64,000 bases of DNA from positions 4,160,001 through 4,224,000 of the forward strand of contig OY762911.1 of the NCBI GenBank assembly GCA_963666565.1. The letters are read 5' to 3'. The translations under genes and the position numbers were made by a program. This document shows positions 17,452 through 25,751 of the stretch, in pieces. The notes below the pieces were generated by a model. It searched no databases. It had not been told where the DNA came from and saw only the letters and a program-made list of their open reading frames with translations. Positions within the stretch are counted from its first letter, which is position 1. The number at the start of each line of letters is the position of its first letter. Origin of the DNA: Thermoanaerobaculia bacterium. GTDB lineage: Bacteria; Acidobacteriota; Thermoanaerobaculia; Multivoradales; Multivoraceae.

Positions 17452-19389
17452 ATGGCGGATCTGCACTTCCCACGCACCTGGAAGTCCGAAGGGCTCTCGG
17501 TCCAGTCGATGGCCCAGCACGACGGTTCCGCCGACCCCGTTGTCCGCGAGCTGCTTCAGAACTGCCTGGACGCCGCGCGCAAGGCGGGCCGGGCGACCCG
17601 CGAAAGCCCCCTGCGGGTGGCCTTCTCGATCAACGAGTGGCAGGTCGACGACTTACCGGGCATTGCAGCGTATCGGCGCGCATTCGAGGCGGCACGGAGA
17701 GAGGAACCCGCCGACCGGGCGACTCCGGCCGCAGCGGAGGCGATCAGACGCATCCAGAAGGCTCTGGACCAGGAATGGACGAGAGTGCTGTTCTGCGCCG
17801 ACAACGGCCACGGTCTGAATCGGGACCGGATGCGCGCGATCCTGTCGGAGGCACGCGGCGACAAGGGCGGTGACCGGCAGCTCGCAGGCTCCTATGGCCT
17901 CGGTCATCTGACCGCCTTCTCCGCCTCTGATCTTCGCTACGTCCTCTACGGCGGCCTGTCGAGCGAGGGCCTCTGCGTAAGCGGTCACGCGATCCTGGCC
18001 TCTCACTTCGATACGGCCGCCGGCCTCCACCGCGCCGGCGAGGGCTTTTGGACTGACGATCCCGAACCCGATCTGCATTCGTGCGACTTCCCGAACGAGG
18101 TCCCGCCGCTGCTGGAAGTCGAGATGGAAGAGATCGCGAGCGAGGACGCAGGTGGTGCCGGCACCGTTGTCTGCATTACCGGCTTCAACCACTTCCGGGA
18201 GCACGACGAACAAGCCGCAGTGAACGAGATCCTCCGCGTGGCGGCCACTAACTTCGTCGCAGCCATCGCCCGGGGGGAAATGGAGTTGGAGGTTCTGGCG
18301 GAGTCGAACGATCTCGAAGAGCGCCTCGACCGGAGGACATTGCAGGACCGCCTCAAAGCCCACTCGGGCCAGCAGCGCAGCCGCCGCGGTTCGGGGGGCG
18401 GCTGGCTTCCCGGCGCGCAGGCGTTCGCGGCTTGGCGGACGCTCCAACAGGGACGGAGGCTGGACGAAACAGAAGCAGGGGTGGAAGTGCTTCTGCGGCC
18501 AGTGACGGACCAGCCCAGTGCCCGCGGCCGAGTCAACGTGTTTCGAAACGGCATGTGGATCACGAACAGCGCGCCGGAGCTTCAGCCTGGCAGCTTTGTC
18601 GGCGCAAGACCCTTCGACGCGGTAGTCCTGCTCGAAGAAGGCGATCTGTTCGACCTCGTTCGCGCTTCGGAAGGGCCCGAACACCGAGGGATCGACCTGA
18701 AGCGGCTGAGCAAGGCTAGGCGCCGTGCTCTCGTTGCTGACTTGAACCAACTCGCGCAACGCCTGCGAATGGCAGCCGGGGAAGCAGCGGCCGCCGACCG
18801 GTTCCGGCCTCCGGGTTTCGCCGTGTTCGAGGGCAGCGACCTGAGAAGGGCTGAGCGGTTGCGCCCCCTGAGGCATCGGACGAGCGATGGACAGGAAAAA
18901 CCCAGCGCGCCTAGCCCCGGACCTGGGAAAGGCCCCCAACCGGTTCCCGGCGAACCGAACCCCAGAAACCTAAAGCCGGGCCGCGCCTTGTCCATGCGAG
19001 CAGCTTGCCGCCCGCTGCTGAACGGAGACGGGCTGGTGGACCGGGTCGCCGTCGACCTTGAGGTTCGCGACAGTCGTCTAACCCAGGCGTCTGAGCTTGG
19101 CTTCCGATTGCGACAGGACTCGGGCTCCGATGCGTCCTGCGAACAACCGTTCCCGCCGGTCTGGCTGGACCTGAGATCGATCGAGATCGTGGACGCCGCA
19201 ACGGCTGCCGGAGGCTCGAGGGCGCCCATCGGCCCGTCGAACGGAAGCGTCAAGGAACTTTCCCTGCCGGTCGGTGTCTCCCGGGTCATCGTCAGTCTCG
19301 GCGAACCGCTCGCCGACACCCGTGGCCTTCAGGTGGACCTTGTCCACAGGAAGGCGGAACGAGTGACCGCTCCCCAGGGGAAGCCATGA
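17452..19389 (+). CDS. GHKL (HATPase_c/MORC-like) ATPase
   Basis: RELLQNCLDA, ADNGHGL, GSYGLGH, GTVVCI; ATG immediately follows the upstream TGA. Confidence 0.8.
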   Translation: MADLHFPRTWKSEGLSVQSMAQHDGSADPVVRELLQNCLDAARKAGRATRESPLRVAFSINEWQVDDLPGIAAYRRAFEAARREEPADRATPAAAEAIRRIQKALDQEWTRVLFCADNGHGLNRDRMRAILSEARGDKGGDRQLAGSYGLGHLTAFSASDLRYVLYGGLSSEGLCVSGHAILASHFDTAAGLHRAGEGFWTDDPEPDLHSCDFPNEVPPLLEVEMEEIASEDAGGAGTVVCITGFNHFREHDEQAAVNEILRVAATNFVAAIARGEMELEVLAESNDLEERLDRRTLQDRLKAHSGQQRSRRGSGGGWLPGAQAFAAWRTLQQGRRLDETEAGVEVLLRPVTDQPSARGRVNVFRNGMWITNSAPELQPGSFVGARPFDAVVLLEEGDLFDLVRASEGPEHRGIDLKRLSKARRRALVADLNQLAQRLRMAAGEAAAADRFRPPGFAVFEGSDLRRAERLRPLRHRTSDGQEKPSAPSPGPGKGPQPVPGEPNPRNLKPGRALSMRAACRPLLNGDGLVDRVAVDLEVRDSRLTQASELGFRLRQDSGSDASCEQPFPPVWLDLRSIEIVDAATAAGGSRAPIGPSNGSVKELSLPVGVSRVIVSLGEPLADTRGLQVDLVHRKAERVTAPQGKP

Positions 19390-20156
19390 TCCCCGTGCTG
19401 CGCCAGGACGGTTCGAGTCTGGACTGGAAGTCCGCCACGTACCATGTGGACGTAGAGGCGAACGGCACTGGTGCGGTCGTCACTCACGAACTGAGAGACG
19501 CACCGGAGTTGGTCAGGCTGATCGAAGACGGTGCCGCCGCCTATGCCGTGGAAGCGCGCTGCCCTAGGACGCTCTTCGCCCGAACGTGGCTGAGCCGCAA
19601 GCAGCGGCTGGAAGTGGACTGGCGCGAGACCGACGTGGACGGCCAAGTCTTCCTGTTCCCCGGCGTAGTGGCCCTGAAGGAGACGTCCTTGGCGACCGCC
19701 GGCCTTATCGAACTATGGGAAGAAGATCAGGTCCGCGTGCCATTGGGCGCATGGCTCGCACGCGGCGCCGAGTTCGCCGCCAAGAATCTCGCCGCGTCGC
19801 TGATCGAGTTTCGCAAGGACGAGTCGCTTCAGTCGGGACGAATGAGGGTGGTCGAGGACACTAGCGGCGACGATGCCCGTTTCCTGGTCAAGCTCGCCCC
19901 AGAGTTGTACCAACGCGCAACGCAAGGGGACCGGGATGTCCAGGTGGCCGGGCTAATCGCCGCGTTCGCCAAGCTGCCGGACTCTCCACGCTTCGCTGAG
20001 GACTCGGCTAGTCCGGTCGCACGGATGCTCCGGGATCGGCTCGAGAGCGCGGAAGTTCCGACTTGGGACGACGGTTACGACTGGGATCCGGCTTGGGCCG
20101 CGACCACGATCGAGAAGTTCTACCCGGCGACCGCCGAAGACGAGACAGCGCCTTGA
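19386..20156 (+). CDS. Hypothetical protein (256 aa) in the modification operon
   Basis: ATGA overlap; globular, beta-rich N-half (AYAVEARCPRTLFAR). Confidence 0.75.
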   Translation: MIPVLRQDGSSLDWKSATYHVDVEANGTGAVVTHELRDAPELVRLIEDGAAAYAVEARCPRTLFARTWLSRKQRLEVDWRETDVDGQVFLFPGVVALKETSLATAGLIELWEEDQVRVPLGAWLARGAEFAAKNLAASLIEFRKDESLQSGRMRVVEDTSGDDARFLVKLAPELYQRATQGDRDVQVAGLIAAFAKLPDSPRFAEDSASPVARMLRDRLESAEVPTWDDGYDWDPAWAATTIEKFYPATAEDETAP

Positions 20157-21142
20157 CACTGGAAACGAACGGTTTCCCTGCCGGCGAGGCAAAGTCGGCA
20201 TCCAGTCTCGCCGACGAGAGTCTTCGGGACCGCTACGGCCAGTGGGTGGCGGAGCTGATCTGGGTTGCGCGGGCCGAACGGCACCGGAACGATGCCGAAC
20301 GGGAACGCCGGCATCGCCATGTAACCCAGCGCCAACGCGAACTGCGCCGAGCGATCGGGGACGGGCCGAACACGGCCGCTGCGTGGCTTCGAACACAACT
20401 AGGGCTGGAGGAATCGGGAGCGCTCCTGATCGAAGCGCCGCAGCTGCCCCGGCCACTGACGGCCGACGAGTTCATCGAGCCGCCGTTCGAACTGGAGCTA
20501 GAGATCGGTCAAGCGCTTTCGGCCGAGATCACTACGCGAGACGCCGCCCGTCCCTGGTTCTGGCTGCTCTGCCACATCGCGTGGCTCGAACGGGGCGACA
20601 TCGCAGACAACGTTCGAAGGGCCTTCTGCTGGAGCAGCGCCGCCGCCGGCAAGTCGGACGAAACCGACCAGTTGGAGGCGGAAACCCGCAACTTCCTGCG
20701 CCGTACCGGCGGAATCGAGATGGTCCGAGGCAAGGTATCCGTACTCAGCGACTGTCCGCTCGCCCGGGCTTGGTGGCGTTACCGTCTTGCCCACAACGCG
20801 GCTCACACTGCAGGTGACGGAAAGGTCCTGAACGCCGCGGATGCCCACCGGTGCCTCCATCACAGCGGCCCGATCTGGGAGGAACTCGTTCGCCTGGGAG
20901 TGAAACGCCTGACCGTCGTCAACCACGACCGGGCCCGCGCCGCCGTTGTCGCGGCACTCGCCCAGGTCGTCTCAAGGGCAGCGCCCGATGGCAAGATCGA
21001 GTGGGGGACCCAGCACATTGCGCGAGCGGCCAAGGAACTCGGGCGGGAAGCGCTTGTCCGGTCGTTAGGACAAATCGAGTGGTCCGAGCTGTGCGGCATC
21101 GTGGAGAACGCGACCCCGGGGCCCGAGGGAGCCGCGTCTTGA
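20153..21142 (+). CDS. Hypothetical protein (329 aa), possibly DUF6339-like
   Basis: TTGA overlap; DAARPWFWLLCH and CPLARAWWRY motifs; family assignment is from memory only. Confidence 0.7.
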   Translation: MTLETNGFPAGEAKSASSLADESLRDRYGQWVAELIWVARAERHRNDAERERRHRHVTQRQRELRRAIGDGPNTAAAWLRTQLGLEESGALLIEAPQLPRPLTADEFIEPPFELELEIGQALSAEITTRDAARPWFWLLCHIAWLERGDIADNVRRAFCWSSAAAGKSDETDQLEAETRNFLRRTGGIEMVRGKVSVLSDCPLARAWWRYRLAHNAAHTAGDGKVLNAADAHRCLHHSGPIWEELVRLGVKRLTVVNHDRARAAVVAALAQVVSRAAPDGKIEWGTQHIARAAKELGREALVRSLGQIEWSELCGIVENATPGPEGAAS

Positions 21143-23241
21143 CCACCGCCCTCACTCTCCCGTCCTCACCGCCAACCCCCGGCAACCCTTGGGGCGTCGC
21201 CCGCACACCGCTCGTGCCCGGTGCCTATCGGCGCCGATACGGTGACAGCACGGCAGCTCGCGACCTGCGGAACGCGGTCGCCAATCCGAACCTGACGCTC
21301 CACGACTTGGGCGCGCGCTTCTGGGACAAAGCGCCTTGGTCGACCGTGCCTCGGAGGGCTTTCAAGAGCCTCCGCCTCCAGCTCGCGCGATTCCGGGTAC
21401 CCTCGGACGTCGAAGTGCTGGTCGCGGGTACGCGCACCGAGCACCTGTTGGCTCTGCCTCTCGGTACCCGCGCCCACAACTTCATCAGGATCGCCGGGCA
21501 GGAGGAAGCGGTCGAAGGTCGACTGCGGCGGACCCTAACGGCTGGCGACGTGCTGGCGTATCGGAATGCGGGCGTCATGGTACTGCTCGAACTGCTCGCG
21601 GTCGTCGAAGGTCATCGATTAGCGCAACGGCCGGCCTCGGAAGCGGGCGTTGACCGGCCAGCCGCTGAACAGAGCGAGCCATCGGACGACAGCGCAATCC
21701 TCTTGCCAAAGAGATTGATAGACCTGCTGGCGGTCGCTCGCGAGTTCCGCAGCGCCACAACTCTGAAGGAAGCGCTCGAACTCGATGGCAGCTCTCTTGC
21801 CGAGCGAACCGGCCTCGCGGCTGAACTGGACGCAGTGAGCCTCGACGACCTAGGGATCGGCGAGGGCATGACTCACGCAGCCGGTCTGCTCGCGGAGACC
21901 GAGGCCTTGGATTCGGAACTGACCCAGCATGAGGAGACGATCCTCCAACGTCGGCTCTTCCGCCGGCGGCCGGCCACACTTGCGGCGCTCGGCAAGCTAC
22001 AGGGGATCACAAGAGAGCGTGTCCGCCAGATCGAGTCCAAGCTGAAGAGGCGACTCGAGAGCCGCCTCGGGCGACGCGTCGGAATCGTAGCCGGTGCAGT
22101 AGCAGAACGGATCGCACCGATCTCCCGGCCCGAGGAGATCGACCGACAGATCGGAGCAGTCTTCGAAGGCCGAGATCATCCTTCGGTCCCACTCGCTTGC
22201 CGGATGCTCCGCAGCCGGCTGGGCTACCGCGCCAAAGGCGAACTGGAACTGAACGAGGACGCCTCCAAGGCAGTGACCGAGCTTCGCAGCTTCGCTCGCG
22301 AGCAGCAGGACGACGCCGGTCTGCTTGACGAGGACACGCTTCAGTCCCGGCTGGCTGACCTGTCCTGGGCGGAACACTGGGAACTGCTTGTCGAGACTTG
22401 CGGCTTTCACCGGATCGACGGCCTCCTGGGACTCCGCAACACGAAGAAGGCGCGGGTCAAGGCCGCCGTCCTGAACATCGGCCGGATCGCTTCCAGGGAA
22501 GAGATCGCGGCCAGATGCGGCCTCTCCCGGCAACGCACCGTCAGTTACCTCTCGGCACTGCCGTCTGTCGCTCGGGCAGATCGAACGCGTTGGGGCCTCA
22601 CCGAGTGGATCGACGATGTGTACGAAGGCGTCGCGAACGAGATCCTGCAGCGGATCGACGAGGACGGCGGCGCTACCCGTGTCGAACGCGTGCTCGACGA
22701 ACTGCCGCGACTGTTCGGCGCGACCGAGGCGACGGTCCGAGCGTACCTAGCAGCACCGCAGTTCGAGGTTCGGAGCGGCTGGGTTCGCCGGGCCGACCCA
22801 TCGGCAGTGCGACTCCGCCCGCTCGACGACGCGATCGACGGGCGGGACGAGCTCGGAAGGCCGTGCTGGAGCTTTCAAGTGAAGGCGGACTACTTCAAGG
22901 GTTACAGCTTGGCGGGCCTGCCGCCGGAGATCGCCCGTGAGCTGGGTTGCCCTCCGAACGGACGCACTGAAGTACGCCTTGTCGAGCCGTCGGACTGCCG
23001 CCCATTGAGCCTGACCTGGCGGCTCACTTCGTTGACGGGTCCCAATCTCGGCTACTTGTCCACGCCGCTGGAGCGCCTGGGAGCCAAGGCTGGCGACCGC
23101 GTGCAGCTCATCCTGCGCGGCAACGGCTCGGTCGAACTCCGCCGGAACGGTCGACGGGTGTCGCCTAGCGATCCAGGCGCCCCGCCCAAGCCTGCCGAGG
23201 AAATTCTCGAACGCCTCAAGCAAAGGCGCCAAGTGCTGTAG
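21139..23241 (+). CDS. Multi-domain DNA-binding protein: RNAP alpha-CTD-like, sigma-70 region 4 HTH and winged HTH
   Basis: LPLGTRAHNF...TAGDVLAYRNAG; TLAALGKLQGITRERVRQIE; ARADRTRWGLTEW; TTGA overlap. Confidence 0.78.
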   Translation: MTTALTLPSSPPTPGNPWGVARTPLVPGAYRRRYGDSTAARDLRNAVANPNLTLHDLGARFWDKAPWSTVPRRAFKSLRLQLARFRVPSDVEVLVAGTRTEHLLALPLGTRAHNFIRIAGQEEAVEGRLRRTLTAGDVLAYRNAGVMVLLELLAVVEGHRLAQRPASEAGVDRPAAEQSEPSDDSAILLPKRLIDLLAVAREFRSATTLKEALELDGSSLAERTGLAAELDAVSLDDLGIGEGMTHAAGLLAETEALDSELTQHEETILQRRLFRRRPATLAALGKLQGITRERVRQIESKLKRRLESRLGRRVGIVAGAVAERIAPISRPEEIDRQIGAVFEGRDHPSVPLACRMLRSRLGYRAKGELELNEDASKAVTELRSFAREQQDDAGLLDEDTLQSRLADLSWAEHWELLVETCGFHRIDGLLGLRNTKKARVKAAVLNIGRIASREEIAARCGLSRQRTVSYLSALPSVARADRTRWGLTEWIDDVYEGVANEILQRIDEDGGATRVERVLDELPRLFGATEATVRAYLAAPQFEVRSGWVRRADPSAVRLRPLDDAIDGRDELGRPCWSFQVKADYFKGYSLAGLPPEIARELGCPPNGRTEVRLVEPSDCRPLSLTWRLTSLTGPNLGYLSTPLERLGAKAGDRVQLILRGNGSVELRRNGRRVSPSDPGAPPKPAEEILERLKQRRQVL

Positions 23242-23259
23242 GCCGACCGGAGACGAACT

Positions 23260-25521
23260 GTGCTTGCTGACGAAGCGACGCTCGAACCGCGGCTTTATCG
23301 CCTGCCCGACGATCCTGTGGCGGATCGCGTGTTGATCCCCGGATTCCGTTCGGCGACATCGGTTCGGGGCGCGTTCGGTTGGTTCGGCGCCGGCTGGATT
23401 CGCCAACTTGCGCCGGGGCTTGCCCACTACCTGAACCGAGAAAGCCCGCAGCCGATCGAATTCACCGTGGCCCCCCTTCACTACGAACCGGAACTGGCAG
23501 CGATGAGAGCAGCCCAGACAATGTCGGCGAAACAGGCGACGGAGCGAGTGGCGCACCTATTCGTCAACGGTCGCGTCGACCGGTCCGCACTGGGCCGCCA
23601 CGCTCTGGACTGCTTGGCTTGGATGCTCACCTGTGACCTCCTCCGCCTGCAGGTCGCGGTGCCGGAATCCGATTCGAACTTCCACCCCAAGATGTGGCTC
23701 TTCTCCGACGGGGACGGTCGAGTGCTGGCCCGCGGCTCAGGCAACGCCACGGGTATGGGTGTTGCGTCAGGTATCGAGCAGATGGACGTTGACGTCTCCT
23801 GGATCAAGGAGAGCCGCCAGCGCGTGTTGCAGGGCGAGCGCATCCTTTGCGACTGGTCCAGCGCGCGTGGGGCCGGTATCGTGGAAGTGGTCCCTCTTCC
23901 AGAGGCGCTAAAGCGGAAGATCATCCGTGTGGCGCCGTCATCGGCACCAAGCCCCGACGACTACCTAGTGGCGGCCGCCGAAGACGGAAGCCCGCGGTGG
24001 GCGGTGGACGCCTGGCAACAACTGGACGCCCGCCTCCGCAGCGTTCGTGGCCGCGGATCGGCGCCCCGACTCGAGATTCCGGCGTGGCTCGAATGGGAGA
24101 CTGGCCACTACGGCCACCAGAAGGAAGCCGTGGATGCCTGGGAGGCAGAGCCGGAACCCGAACGCGGCACGCTCGCCATGGCGACGGGAGCGGGCAAGAC
24201 GTTGACGGCCCTGATCTGCGCTGCCCGGGCGCAGGACCGGCTGCCCGGCGGCTCGGCCTTCGCCGTGGTCGTCGCGGCGCCCTCCCGGCCCCTCCTGCTG
24301 CAGTGGAAGGAAGAGGTGTCGAAGTTCGGCGTCGCCGCAGAAACGCCAACCTTCTCTTCCGACACGGCCGCCTCCCTGACTAACTTCCTGCGCGGGCTGG
24401 ACGGTGATGGCACCCGGGTTGCGGTTGTGACCAACAACCTGCTCTGCACGTCGTCGTTCCAACGAACACTCGAATCGGGACTGCGCGGACGACCGTCGCT
24501 GCTGATCGCCGACGAAGCGCATCGGCTTGGCGCGGAAGGGTTCATCCGCCAGACGCCAAACTTCTTTGAACGGCGCTTGGCCCTTTCCGCCACACCGGTA
24601 CGCCAGTACGACCCGGATGGGACCGAACGGATCTTCGAGTTCTTCGGCCCACCCGTCTACGAGTTTGGTCTGGACCGGGCTATAGGCTTCTGTCTGGTCC
24701 CGTACGACTACCATGTTCACGCCGCAACACTGGACGAAGAGGAGACGGACGAGTTCACGCAACTGACCCGCAAGATCGGCGCGGCAATGGCCGGTGCCGA
24801 GGATCGAAAACCGAGCGACCGCGAACGAGAAGCCCTGAACGGGTTGCTGCTGAAGCGCCGGCGAATCATCGAGGCGGCGGAGGCGAAGATCCCGCTGCTC
24901 CAGGCCGTGCTGGAGCGCCGCGGACCGCGAAGGATCGAGCAGGCGCTGGTCTACGCATCCGCCAAGAAGCGGGACCAGTTCGAACGCATCGGCCAGGTAC
25001 TAACGCAACTCGGGATTCGCTGGGCACCGGTTACGCAAGAGGAGACAGCCCAACGGTCGAAGCTCGAAGGAACGTTGGAGGCGTTCCGCACGGGCGGCCT
25101 CCAAGTGCTCCTGGCGAAGAAGGTTCTCGACGAAGGCGTCGACATTCCGTCGATCCGCGAGGCGTACATCGTCGCCTCATCCACGGTCGAACGCGAGTGG
25201 GTGCAGCGCCGCGGTCGAGTGCTTCGCCGCCATCCCGGAAAGGAGTGTGCGGTCGTGCACGACTTCCTCGCCCTGCCGGTGGCGAGCACCGTCCGAGGGG
25301 GCGACCAACCGCTCAAACGGCTGGTACGGAGGGAACTGGAGCGAGCGCTCGCCTTCGCCGGATACGCTCGAAACGCCGCCGGCTCCGCAGGTGCGCTCGC
25401 CTGGATTGAGCGAATCCGCGAGACGTTCTGGCCAAGTCGGCGCCAGCGCTACGACCAACTCGCCGAAACGCCAAGCTACCAGAGAATCGCGCCAACGCTC
25501 GAGGGGAGAGACGCGAGATGA
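23260..25521 (+). CDS. PLD(HKD)-nuclease plus SF2 DEAH helicase (similar to dnd-associated restriction helicases)
   Basis: FHPKMWLFSD...GSGNAT; HQKEAV, ATGAGKT, DEAH, LSATP, LDEGVDIP, QRRGRVLR. Confidence 0.9.
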   Translation: MLADEATLEPRLYRLPDDPVADRVLIPGFRSATSVRGAFGWFGAGWIRQLAPGLAHYLNRESPQPIEFTVAPLHYEPELAAMRAAQTMSAKQATERVAHLFVNGRVDRSALGRHALDCLAWMLTCDLLRLQVAVPESDSNFHPKMWLFSDGDGRVLARGSGNATGMGVASGIEQMDVDVSWIKESRQRVLQGERILCDWSSARGAGIVEVVPLPEALKRKIIRVAPSSAPSPDDYLVAAAEDGSPRWAVDAWQQLDARLRSVRGRGSAPRLEIPAWLEWETGHYGHQKEAVDAWEAEPEPERGTLAMATGAGKTLTALICAARAQDRLPGGSAFAVVVAAPSRPLLLQWKEEVSKFGVAAETPTFSSDTAASLTNFLRGLDGDGTRVAVVTNNLLCTSSFQRTLESGLRGRPSLLIADEAHRLGAEGFIRQTPNFFERRLALSATPVRQYDPDGTERIFEFFGPPVYEFGLDRAIGFCLVPYDYHVHAATLDEEETDEFTQLTRKIGAAMAGAEDRKPSDREREALNGLLLKRRRIIEAAEAKIPLLQAVLERRGPRRIEQALVYASAKKRDQFERIGQVLTQLGIRWAPVTQEETAQRSKLEGTLEAFRTGGLQVLLAKKVLDEGVDIPSIREAYIVASSTVEREWVQRRGRVLRRHPGKECAVVHDFLALPVASTVRGGDQPLKRLVRRELERALAFAGYARNAAGSAGALAWIERIRETFWPSRRQRYDQLAETPSYQRIAPTLEGRDAR

Positions 25522-25751
25522 ACAATATCGACCGAGTGGCCGCGGAGATCCGCCAGCGCGCCGCACAGGAGTCGGTTGACGGACTGAGTGCGGACGAACT
25601 GGTCACCTTCCTGCTGGAAGTCGTGAACGTCGAGGATCTCCACCTTCGGCGTCCCCGGAACGTGCAGAAGGAGGTCGACACCATGGTGCGCGCATTGGCC
25701 CGGCGATTGGCCCCAAAGAACCCAACTCCGACCGGAGACAGCGGATGCTGA
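25518..25751 (+). CDS. Small helical protein (77 aa) between the helicase and the ATPase
   Basis: ATGA overlap upstream and 7-nt overlap downstream; same position as small partners of DndD/CxC-type ATPases. Confidence 0.7.
   Translation: MNNIDRVAAEIRQRAAQESVDGLSADELVTFLLEVVNVEDLHLRRPRNVQKEVDTMVRALARRLAPKNPTPTGDSGC

Noticed and set aside
21139-23241. Genuine sigma factor
   Set aside because: Only a region 4-like HTH is visible; no region 2 motifs
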